From: Thalia democratica
Taxonomy: Eukaryota
Assembly: GCA_965202585.1 (NCBI GenBank)
Contig: OZ241830.1
Location: forward strand, 60,698,001 to 60,762,000
Direction: 5' to 3'
Length of the DNA stretch: 64,000 bases
The notes below the pieces were generated by a model, which searched no databases, was not told the origin of the DNA, and saw only the letters and a program-made list of their open reading frames with translations. Made by a program: the position numbers and the translations under genes. Positions 12,001 through 23,100 of this stretch are shown here, piece by piece; the first letter of the stretch is position 1; every line of letters begins with the position of its first letter.

Positions 12001-13447
12001 TTAATTTTCCAATAAATATTCAGATACGTTGTAGCAATTTTTCTGATCTAATTTTTTGTATCTGAATAATTAATAGTAGTTTAAAGGCTTGTATACTTTT
12101 TTGTGTGTTTTATTTGTTTGTAATTTTACTAAGTTGTTTGATTTTTTTTCAAGCGTTTTAAAATTTGTAAACAGGTAGAAATAGATGAATATCAAAATTA
12201 TGAAAAAGCAGTCGGTGCATTGACTGAAGCTTTTAAGTGTTTGTCAAAATCAAAAATTGAAGATAATGAAGAAAAAGAAAACAAATTGACAAGTTTAAAA
12301 ACAAAAATAGCACTTGTTAAAAAATTTGTCTCAACAAGAAGGTAGTTATATATTTATCATTTGTTTTTCAAAATAAAAAAAGTTTATATTTTATTTATTA
12401 GTTATGAGTAAATATTTCAAGATCAATTAAATTCCTTTTTTATTAATTGAAAATATCTTTTGAAAGCTATATTAAACGCAAAAACGCTTTTATTCTAGTA
12501 AAATATTCTAATTTTTTTAAAGTTTGTTAAAAGCTGTTTTAACTAATAAAAAAACTTTTTATAATACTTACCTACAATACTTCAAAGAAAATTGCAGAAG
12601 CAATAATTTTTTTACTTAATACTATTATTGCTCATAAAAAGCCTTGTTGTATTATTCTAATGTATAGTTTATACAAAATACAACTTTTATTTTATGCTTT
12701 TTAGTAAAAATTTGTTTAATTTCTGTTATTTTTCTGAATGCAAAAACAATTTTTTTTATGAACTATAAGTTGAGCTCAACGTTACTTTTATTTAATTTTT
12801 TATAATTATAAGTCGATAGTAATTTTAACAAAAAAGTGTTTTCATCAAAGATTGTTCGAAAGTGATGCGGAAGAAGGATTGAAGCAATGTTCAGTTCTTC
12901 TCGATCACGCCGATCTCTCTTCGTCTCCAGTCAGATACGGAGACGTTTACGCGTTGATCATCGAACATTATGTCAGCCAACAACAATTCGAACGAGTAAT
13001 TATAATTTGTTTATATTTTTCGTTACAGGATACATCTTTAATTTATTCATTAACAAATTGAATTTTTTCATTATAAAAGTTTATTTGTCAACCAAATTAA
13101 TATATTAAAAATCATGTTTTTTCAAATTTTTAATGTTTGTTAACCAATTGAACTTAAGTGCTAACGGAACGTTTTTGAGTTGCTAATGTTTCCCCGAATT
13201 CAAAATAGTTGTTTATTATGTAATAAAGTAATTATGAAAGGCGTACGAGTACGTGTTGGAAGTGAAGGAGAGAGTTCCGACGATCCGCCTCCACCACTTC
13301 GTCTCCTCCGCCGCTCTCCACCAAATATCAGCCAATCAGCATCCGCAATCAGAATCGTCCTCACATGATGACGGATCGTCGGCAGATGTGAAAGAGGAAA
13401 TTTACCAAGACGACAATATCACAACACACAGTTTCGCTTTTCGATGA
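1..13447 (+). CDS. IFT140: Intraflagellar transport protein 140 (IFT-A; WD40 propellers plus TPR solenoid), 5'-incomplete in window, 30 exons
   Basis: Hand-spliced GT-AG exons: 1-113, 524-654, 906-1045, 1110-1234, 2644-2792, 2981-3087, 3259-3395, 3690-~3880, ~4500/4507-4603, 4763-4838, 4978-5084, 5708-5835, 6080-6194, 6266-6571, 6655-6777, 7066-7116, 7287-7432, 8070-8241, 8744-8827, 9078-9181, 9250-9345, 9582-9714, 9948-10091, 10339-10467, 10881-11063, 11123-11232, 11494-11803, 12175-12341, 12851-12995, 13241-13447 (TGA). Phases are consistent except one ambiguous junction. Recognised motifs: [123 protein letters not shown]. Confidence 0.96.
1331..2310. mobile_element. Non-autonomous TIR element (CAGGGTTGCCAC...GTGGCAACCATG) with 6-bp TSD CTAAAT, in an IFT140 intron
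   Basis: Terminal inverted repeats; CTAAAT at 1325-1330 and 2311-2316; subterminal AAAGTCAGGAAA repeats at both ends. Confidence 0.85.
3903..4425. repeat. Intronic tandem repeat, ~179-bp unit, about 3 copies
   Basis: The unit containing ...gtttcataagaaattgtgtgttaaaatagcatgttttttaac... recurs from ~3903, ~4081 and ~4260. Confidence 0.9.
7644..7972. mobile_element. Degenerate hAT-type MITE with 8-bp TSD GTGTAATG; counterpart at 36397-36651
   Basis: C(T)GGGTTTCC...GGAAGCC(C/T)TG ends. The TSD is perfect in the right copy and has one mismatch here. This copy carries two versions of an ~80-bp internal unit that is single in the right copy. Confidence 0.75.
8355..8685. mobile_element. MITE with CAGGGTGGCC...GGCCACCCTG ends and near-perfect 6-bp TSD; counterpart at 37029-37361
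   Basis: TIRs; flanks TTGTTT/TTGTTA; internal sequence matches 51000-51371 in reverse orientation. Confidence 0.85.
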
Positions 13448-13721
13448 AGAATGTTTATTTTGTAACAGCAGAGAGTTTAATATCAAAGTTTTTTAGATCT
13501 TATTTTTAATTTAAGTTTTGTTTATCAAATGATTGTTTATTCAAGCCAACAAAACAATTTTTAACTGTGATTTTTTGTTACCTAAGTTTTTCTGTACTTT
13601 AAGTGTTTACCTTTTTGGTATATTTAAGATTGTTTTTAGTTTAATTTTTATTTTGCGTTATTCACTGATTTCAATTAAAATTTTTTAATGTTTTTTTAGT
13701 TATTTTTGAGACTTCAGATTT

Positions 13722-13727
13722 AATAAA
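13722..13727 (+). promoter_or_regulatory. Candidate polyadenylation signal of IFT140 (also kept at 42387-42392)
   Basis: AATAAA ~275 nt after the stop codon in both copies; weak evidence in AT-rich DNA. Confidence 0.35.
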
Positions 13728-15720
13728 TACTTCTGGTATAAAATATCAAGTGTTATAGAAAATTTTAACTTATTTAAGAAAATGCTTTTCATTACTTGTT
13801 AAAAATATTTTTTAACTAAACTGAAATATAATCATTTGGTATTGATATAACCATACATATTTTTTAATAGACATCTAACTAATTTAAAAGTTTATTTGTA
13901 GTAAAGTAATTAGTAATTATTACATTAAATAAATGAAAAGTAAAATTATTAATTTAATTTTGTATGTGCTCGTTAAAGTATAAGTTAAAATCGTATCTGC
14001 ATTTTGTTTAAATGTTGCAAATTTTATTTTTTTATTACTCTATTGTTAGAATTTTAAACTTTTACAAGAAACCTAGATGTTTTTTATTTGTATCAATTAC
14101 CATTGATAAGCTAAATTCTAAAAAAGAATTACTTTGGTAAACTATACAAAATAAAGCAAGCTTTGAAAGAATAAATCTCATCTAGCAAACATATTTTTTC
14201 TGTTGTACATAACTTTTATCTATAATTAAACTTTTTTATTAGTAAAAGTTTGTAAATATGTTCAATCAAGATAACTATAAATTCGGTTTAATTTTCTCCA
14301 AATAACGCGGTAAGCCAGCGGTTTTTTTGTGGTTTTTGTTTTTAAAAATAAAAATGAAATAAGTGTTACACATTCATCATTCAGTGATCACAAACTAAAC
14401 AATACAAAAAAATAACCCCGTGTTCATAGTTTATTTTAAAACTAAATTAACAATAATTTCAATAGACTCTACCATTAAATATGAGAGTTTTAATTTCAGT
14501 TAAACAAATTTATTGACATTTTGTAAAATAAAAATTTTCAAGAACATTATATTATTCACAACATAAAATCAACGGTATAATTATAGGTCAGCTGTAGTAG
14601 TAGGAGATTATTTTGTTCACAATCTTGTGCAAACAAGATGAGGTAATAACACAGTTGGTAAAAAATTAATGTATTTTGAACAATTATAATTAAGCTTTTG
14701 TCTTTAAAGCAAAAGTTGTATGTAAAGGATCTGTATAACCACCTCCCCTTATAATTTTTTACTCTTTTTCTCAAAAACTTAACATTTTAGTGTTATATCA
14801 AGTAACTTAGTTCTTTACTTTTCAAGTAAATTATATTTTTCTAAAATTTTAAGGAAATATGAATTTTGAAATAAAAGTTTCGAATCTATGACTGTTTGTT
14901 TTAATTATTGCGTTTTTTAACATACTTATTGCGTTTTTTAACATACTTATTAACTTTTGTTTAAGTTGTAAGTGTTCCTAGATTTACACCTTTTCGTTAA
15001 ATACAACGACTTAAGTAGTTTTTTTTAAATGACAGCATCGGTTTAACTTATATATAATTTTGCAAAAAATTTTGTAAAACTTATGTGCTTAAAACATGTT
15101 TACTATCTGTTTTAGCTAGTTTTAAACTTAACATTCATATATAAAATAACCTAAGCCATTTTTTTATTTTAACAGCTAATTAAAACTTAAAAAGGATTGT
15201 AAACTTTTAACAAAATGTTAAGAGCTGAATTTAAATAGTTTTAGAAATACTTTTAACGTTTTTTTTGAAATAAATCTACTCAGAATAATTAAAGTTTGTA
15301 CCGTTAACAATATTTGTCTATAAATTTACTTAAATAGAAAAAAAATGTTGACCACATACATAAATATTTTTAATTTTCTAACAAAACTAAGATTTTATGT
15401 TAGTACAGTGCTTCCTCACTTATCCGGCCATGTTTGGCAAGTATTTTTGTCAATAAGGCCTTGAATGCAATTAGACTAATTAAAAGTATTGAAAAACAAA
15501 AGAGCTGTATAATAAATAGTTATTTAGTTGTTTACCAGATCTAGACCCGATGGGTCAATAGTTTTTTACTGATGACAAGACAAAAAAAAAACAAAAATTG
15601 ACCGCATTACTGCTTATGAACCCCCAAGTTTCAGTAATTGCCTAGTTTAATAACTAGCCGGATCAAAATGACTCAAAAGCAAGAGTCAATATGTTTTTGT
15701 AGAACGCAACGTTATAACCA

Positions 15721-16319
15721 CAAAATTGTATTCATTTATTGATAAGGTCAGCTTCAAAAACCTGCTAGTAGTTTGCTTATGTCAAAAATATTTTTCAAAC
15801 ACTTTGTCATTTTATTTCTAATTTTAAATATTAAATAATTTTTTCGTTTGTTCCATGTTCAAGTGAGCTGGGTTAGGGATAAGGGTATACAAAAATAAGT
15901 ATACGCTAGTATATATCTTAATTTAATCAATATTTTTCTGTATTTTAAAACAATTCTAAGATTAAAGTGTTTGTGAGTCACTCTTAAAATCAATACACAC
16001 TTGAATAGAAATTGGTGCATCAATTAAAAATAAGAACTACAACTAATCTAACAAAGTTTAAAATCAAGGAAATTATTTTGGTAAAATAACTGCAGCGTGG
16101 GCTCGAACTCGGGTCCCTGGATTGAGGGACGCGAGCACTGAACTCTACACCATTGTTCCACACCAAATATTACGTTTTTGAGACTATATAATTTTGCATG
16201 ATAATTTAATTGCATATAACTTTTTTAGTTCATAATATTATTAAATTGTTTAAAAATTTGTAGCGCTTATGCCTAAAATAAAACAGAAAGCTTGGTAGCT
16301 ATCAATGAGAACCAAAACA
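15721..16319. repeat. ~600-bp direct repeat A, containing a minus-strand tRNA-like SINE head at ~16159-16091
   Basis: Aligns along its length with 19566-20160. The minus strand has A-box-like TGGTGTAGAGT and B-box-like GAGTTCGAGCCC at tRNA-like spacing. Confidence 0.85.
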
Positions 16320-18952
16320 TTTTATTGGAGTATGCACAGTACCAGCTGTGACAGCTTTCTATACACAGCTTTCTGCCTTAGCTTTATAAAACTATTGAAA
16401 TATAACTATTAAATTAGCCCCTATAGTTAACTACCAAATTACTTCATGCCATAGTTATAAGCTTTTATTTAAATCGTTTCTTGCTCAGTGCAAATTGTAG
16501 TAATCAAGTAGTTAGTCGCTTGCCGTGTGCTGCAAGTATGACCATCTCTGTTCTAAGATAAAGTTGTTAAAAATAAAACCGTCAGACTGGTAATCAATTA
16601 TTTTTATAGCTTAAACATAATTATAGGCTAGATATGAGGCCGAATCCGTCCTACCCAACAAAAACATCTGACTAGAAACGTAATAAATAGAAACGCAACT
16701 AAAGTTGAGTTTTTTATATTTTTTCAAAGAAGATGCTATTAACTTTATTTTTAGTACAAAGTTGTGCTTACTTCAATGTTCTTTGAAATTACTTTTGCTT
16801 TAAAGATTATTTTTGCTGTCGTCTTCAACAATTATCGCTTCACGCAGTATAACATTTATATGTTTAGCCCGCCGACCAGAAAAGTTTCTACTTATATTAA
16901 AGGTCAAAAAAAAAAGTATAGTTGAAGTGAAATTTAGAACAAATAAATTAAAAAAGTACCTTGTTGCGGACCGCAACTTGTGGATTTTTCTGAACATTAG
17001 ATACTAGTAACAAAGTAAAAGCACAATGTATTGATTAATGCTTAAACGGTTAAAAGTTTAAACCTCCTAACAAATTAATGTTTTTTTACTATTTTTAAAA
17101 CTTGCATTTAAAAACAAAAATAAAGTCCATTATTTTAAAACTAACATTTTGTGGGTATTAAATTAGATAGGTTATGTTAGATTATTTTATAATACAATTT
17201 ATGTACTAAAATTTGATATGTAAAACATTTCAATAACTAGAAACGAAAGTCCAAGTAGTGCTTAAGTTGTAACAAGAAATACATCTAATCATTTTTTAAA
17301 CTACACTTCAAATTTATCTTTGTCGAACACAAAACCTTATCTTTTTTTATTTTTTTTTTAATTCAATAAATTTTTTAATCTTTTTCAAAAATTAAATTTA
17401 CTATTGATTTTTATTCAAGTTATATATATTGTTTATTGAACGATAAAAAAAAAACGCTTAAAAAATTTTGGTATAAGGGTCTGGTGTAGAAAAGAACCTT
17501 TCGGTTATCGAGTTGTACAATACAGTATATAAGTATATATATTTTAAACAGTATAACTATAAAGGAAAAGTCTTTACCTAACTATAAATAAAACTCAGTT
17601 TTAAGTTAATATCAGTAATAGTTATGAGATGAAAAAAATAGTAAACTTCTTTACCCCTGAAAACTTGTTGTATTTAGACATAAGTTTACCGTGAACTTTA
17701 CTTTTGTTGTATACCTTTAAAAATAGATTAAATTAATAATAAACAGATTTCTTTTTGTTGATAACTAGTTAGGAATTTGTTAACTTCTTATTTCTTGTGA
17801 AACTTTTATGTTAACTAAATATAACACAACACACTTTATAAAAATTATCTGTAAAAAGTTTATATCTTAAAAAACAGTCTTTACTGATAGTATAAAACTA
17901 ATTATAAATAAAAAATACTAAATTTAGTTTTGAGTTAACTCCTTTTTGTAGTAAAGACTTGATAAAACTGGAAGATTTATTTAGCTTATAGCCGTAGCAT
18001 TTAATTTTAATTGTGTGCATAATTAAAGTCAAAGTTAATCGTAAACTGGTACCTATCTAAAAATATAGAATATTTTATCTAAAATAGGTATTTGTATCGG
18101 TTTGTCGTAGAACTAGCAAAAAAACTTTTCTTTTTAGCTATTTGTGTAGTTACAAACTATAAGTTAATTTGAAAAGATTTAGTTGTTTTTCCAAAGCTTT
18201 TTTAGTTGAAGTAAGTACGGTCCTAAATTAGCTATAGTTTGCTGGCTTCTAGTCTAATTTAAAATTTTATACTTTTGCATTGTTTTTTTTAACAACTTTT
18301 ATAACAGCTTATTTCTAACTTTTATTTTATGATGAAAAGTAATTTTTTTCATAAACGGTTTTACCTGTTTAAAAATTAACTTTTGTTAACATTTTGTATC
18401 ATTAAAAGTTTAAAGCAAAATGTTTTTCAGAAAACTTTCCTTTATACTTAACTGTAATAAACGTTTGTTTTACTTAATATAACACCTTTACGAATTTATA
18501 GAGTAGTACATGTTGATAAGCCGTAGAAAATACCTTTTGTTAAATATACTTAATAAAAGCTTATAGTTAAAAAAGTTAATAATAAATAAGTTGACGATTT
18601 CAGCATCTAAATATTGACGATTAGTATGAGAAAAGTTTATATTTTAGTATAGTGACGATTAGTATGAGAAACGTTTATATGTTCTTTTTTAGTTTCAACA
18701 GTAATAAGGTTAGGTATTGGTATATTGTTTTACAACCAGAAATTTAATGAGAAGCATAATTAAATTGTTTTAAGTTTTACAAAGTAACACAGAACTTGTT
18801 ATTTATCTTATTTAAAGTTTGTAAAAAAAAATATTCAAATGCCTAGGTCCAGAGTTAGACAATAAACTGACAGTAATCAAGCGTTGTTACTTTAGAAAAA
18901 GAAAACAAATATAATACAATAAATGAGTTTATTCAGTAACATCAGAGTATAT

Positions 18953-19111
18953 TTATTGGTAATCGAAGTAGAAACCCTTGGCGGTGTTAGCGCTGTCAGA
19001 TCTGAACACGATGTACATCCAGTTACCGGTCGCTTCAATGTGGTACCTCTGGTTGTAGTTGTCGAAAATGTTGGCCAGTTGGGCGTCTGATTCGGTTTGT
19101 CCGTCGTACAC
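18953..19111 (-). CDS. Isolated terminal exon encoding the C-terminal half of a CUB domain
   Basis: tttttaaag acceptor, then VYDGQTESDAQLANIFDNYNQRYHIEATGNWMYIVFRSDSANTAKGFYFDYQ*. This fits the CUB pattern VYDG...S.GN.M.I.F.SD.S...KGF...Y. AATAAA follows at 18933-18928. It is a GC-rich island in AT-rich DNA; no partner exons were found. Confidence 0.75.
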   Translation of the reverse strand: MYDGQTESDAQLANIFDNYNQRYHIEATGNWMYIVFRSDSANTAKGFYFDYQ

Positions 19112-19565
19112 CTTTAAAAATGTTTAACTGATTGTTTTAATCTCTAAAGAACTTGAATGTTAAAAAAAGTAGAACATTTTTCAAAATAAAATAAGCCATT
19201 GGTTTAGAGCTTGTTTATCGTTTTTTATCTTACAAGTTTAAACAAATTCTTTTATAAACTCATTATAGAATCCTTTTATGTTAATATATGCTGTTTTAGC
19301 TCCGAATTTATTTCCAAACGCTTTAGTAAATAATAACTTAAAAGTGTGAACTAACAACCAACTCTTCTTTTCCGTTAACTGAGTTTTACATATTTCCTAT
19401 TATATTTAATATTTTGTTGCAAAAATTTTGCTTTGTCGAGTTGCTACAAGTAATTTTTTTATTAATTAAAGAAAACTAATGTAAATGCTATGCTTTAACC
19501 GTAATGAATCTGGTGTTGGTGTATTAAAATAAACTAACCTTACAATATAAACTTTTATAATTAAA

Positions 19566-20160
19566 CAAAAATGTATTCATTTATTGATAAAAGCCATCAA
19601 AGGTCAGCTTCAAAAACCTGCTAGTAGTTTGCTTATGTCAAAAATAATTTTTCAAACACTTTGTCATTTTATTTCTAATTTTTAATATTAAATATTTTTT
19701 TGTTTGTTCCATGTTCAAGTGAGCTGGGTTAGGGATAAGGGTATACAAAAATAAATGTATACGCTAGTATATTTCTTAATTTAATTAATATTTTCTGCAT
19801 TTTAAAACAATTCTAAGATTAAAGTGTTTGTGAAATCAATACACACTTGAATAGAAATTGGTGTATCAATTAAAAATAAGAACTACAACTAATCTAAAAA
19901 GGTTTAAAATCAAGGAAATTATGTTGGTAAAAAGTAATGCTGCGAGGGCTCGAATTCGGGTCCCTGGATTGGAGGGCGCGAGCACTGACCTTTACACCAT
20001 AATTCCACATGAAAGTTATATGTTTTTAGAGATTATATAATTTTGCATGATAATTTTATTGTATACAACTTATTTAGTTTATAATATTGTTTACAAATTT
20101 GTAGCGCTTATGCCTAAAATAAAATAGAAAGTTTGGCAACTATCAATGAGAACCAAAACA
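19566..20160. repeat. ~600-bp direct repeat B, containing a minus-strand tRNA-like SINE head at ~20006-19940
   Basis: Aligns with 15721-16319; A-box-like TGGTGTAAAGG and B-box-like GAATTCGAGCCC. Confidence 0.85.
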
Positions 20161-23100
20161 AAAAGTAAGCACACTACCATGGATGAATCAAAAAGTAGTA
20201 TATAAACACTCCATTAAACAAACTTCGATGCTTTTTATACAGTTCAAAGACAGTTAACTATTTAAACGATGTACTTCAAGACAATATTAATTCATTAATA
20301 ACTAGTGTCGCGATATTCACGCGATACATTTATTTAAAAACGGATGTGGTAAACTGTTTTACGCAGATTTCGTGACGTGCTTCCAAAAAAAAACATTTTT
20401 TATTGTTAGCAGTTAATTTTTTTTCAATGAATATGTAAGAAAAAAAAAGTTTTCTTTTCTTGATATAAAATAAACAACATACTGAAAGTTATTAGCATTC
20501 GGCAGTTATTGGTGTGCTTTAAGTTAAGATGCATTTTAAACATGTTAAACTAAGATTTTTTCTTGATTAAGTTGTAAGATACTTATTATTATTGTATTAT
20601 CATTTGTGTTTAAATGTAGTTCTAGTATAGAGTGATGTATCTTTGTGTTGTTTAGTTTATGTAAATAAAATATAAGTGTTGTTTTGATTGTTGTACTAAT
20701 CTACTTTACTAATCCCTATTACCCCTTAATAACATCTTCGTAACGGGATACTAGTATGATAAGTTATAAGTTTAAACTTTGATAAACGTAAAGTAAGTTT
20801 ATTATTATTTAATAGAAAATTTAAGCAGATTTTTACAAGATTTTAATTGTCATGTATAACTAGCAAACTTCTTCATTTTAAAGATAGAATCTAAACAGTT
20901 TATTGGAAAGATAAAAAATGATTTATTAGTGTTTTAGTAAAAAAAATTAATAAATAAAATTAAAATCAGATAGCTTGATTGTTACGTCATTTCATCGATT
21001 AAGAACATTTAAGTAAAAAAATAAATTATATTTAGTGTTTAATAAAATAGACAGTTTACAAATTTAATTACAATATGATGTTTTTTTTAAACCAGAGAAA
21101 TTTAAAGCTTTAAACTAAAAACATTGAAATTGAAAATAAAAAAACCTGATTTCTTACTTAAACATTAATAATGTTGTCTTTATTGTCAGTTACTTATAAT
21201 GGTGATGTAGAGCTAAGGCTTGTTTGAATATTAACATGTAGTATAGATTGTTAAGATTTAATTGTAATTAAACTAAAATAGAGACATAATTAACTTATAG
21301 TCTACGCGAAAACAAGACTTATAGGTGTACTTAAACTTTTATAAGTAGACTATATAACTGTATAGAAGTTACTTTAGTTATTAACTTTTGTCTTGTCAGG
21401 TGCTACTTAAACGACATATTATCGTACTAAAAAATAGTACCTAAAGTCGATTACAAAAGAATTATTATAACAAATTTAATTACAATAACTTTTAAAAACT
21501 GTTGAGTCGTTGCTTTATTGTCAAATAAATCCATGTGGTTGCTTATAAATTTTAAGTAAAACAAATAACACGTAGTATGTCTAATTGAAATTAAACTAAG
21601 TTAGTGACATGAGCAACTTTTAACTGACTTTTATAAACAAACAATCTACAAGATAGTTAAATACTAAGCAAAAAAATTATTTGCTATTTATGAGACTTAG
21701 TATTAAATACCATAAAATAGTTTAACTACTTGAATTACAATAGATACTGATAAATTAAACTACAATGCAAAACTGTTGTGTTACTTATAGAATAATACCA
21801 AGGTTGTCTACTATAAAAATGCATCATTCATAGTACAACACCAAGGATATATACTATAAAACATCAAGCTTTACTTTTAGTTTAAACCTATCGGTTAAAA
21901 AATAAAGTTCTGCTTAGTTTTTAATTAGTTTTGGGCTGTTAGTAGAATTAAATACGAAACAGCATTAACTCTCAATAACAAACGCTATTAGTTCAGGTTG
22001 AACAAAAATTAAAATAACTTGACAGCCATAAGAAATTATAAGCTATCTAACAATACGAAACTTGATACAATTTAATTTTGTTTATATTGAAACATGTATT
22101 TTAGTTAATCCAAAAGTTTTATTCACTTATAAATCAATAATTATCCTATCTTTAACGACTCTATAAGATTTCCAAAACATACAAAATACACTCAAAATAT
22201 AAATATATGTAATTATATTCAGTCTTTACTTACTGGGCAAGAAATAGAACTAAATAGACAAACAAAAAAACATAATATAACAACAAAATAGACTTATACA
22301 GAAATAACATTGATTAAAAAGAACACATAGATTTATTTTTAAGTAAACCTTATAATAATTTTACTGAAACAACAAAAGAACAATGAAGTGTTAATTAAAA
22401 GTATAAAAATGGATCTAACTATAGTTTATTAAAGTAGAATTAATTTATGAAATAAGAAATTTGAAGCAAAATAACAAATTAGACTTATAAATAAACATTA
22501 GGACAATTTTTTAAGAAACCATACAAACATGTTTTTACAATTTTAAAAAGTTCTACAGCAACATCAACTAAAATATGATGTAATTTTGTTAAAAGGAAAG
22601 AAATAAATCATCAGTAAAATACACTTTAGAACTAATTCCGAGTTTTGTTGAACTTAAAGTCAATACTTATCCAATGGAAAACGATCCCATAACATTAGAA
22701 AAAACTACATTGAATACAATGAATGCTACAACGAAGTAGTTACATTTGGAAAACTCGCAAACATTTGAAACGAAAATTAATTTGCCTAATCAGAATCGTT
22801 AAGAAAAGATGGGCAATAAATCATAATATAGTTATAATTGAGGCATTGTTAAACCAAACAGTTTAGATTTCATAAGACTCAAAATTTAGTACTTATTTTT
22901 AATGTTTTTCAACTTTATTGAAAAATTTTCCAAAAATAAACTTAGACGAGACCATTATGTATGAAATACAAAAGAAAAACTTGGTTCTATATGGAGTTAT
23001 CAAAATTACTGTAAACAATAACTAAAGGAGACCCCAAAATAAAATGGTTTTTGAACTGGCCTTGATTATAATAAAAACATAAGTTAAGTTGGCTATTGTT

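Larger units (their letters stand above)
6817..15598 (+). repeat. Left copy of a ~9-10 kb segmental duplication (IFT140 3' half, 3' flank, fragment of the WASHC4 last intron)
   Basis: Colinear with 35575-44121 and then 45657-~45790; homology ends in an A-run at ~15598. Confidence 0.93.

Noticed and set aside
14906-14950. 21-bp tandem duplication present only in the left copy; (TA)n runs near 45530, 62490 and 63780
   Set aside because: Ordinary slippage products.
16091-16159. Functional tRNA gene (also 19940-20006)
   Set aside because: A and B boxes are present but there is no clean acceptor stem or anticodon arm, and the two copies have drifted; treated as a SINE-like head.
15727-20160. LTR retrotransposon interpretation of repeats A and B
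   Set aside because: No matching TSD, primer-binding site, polypurine tract or gag/pol remnant.
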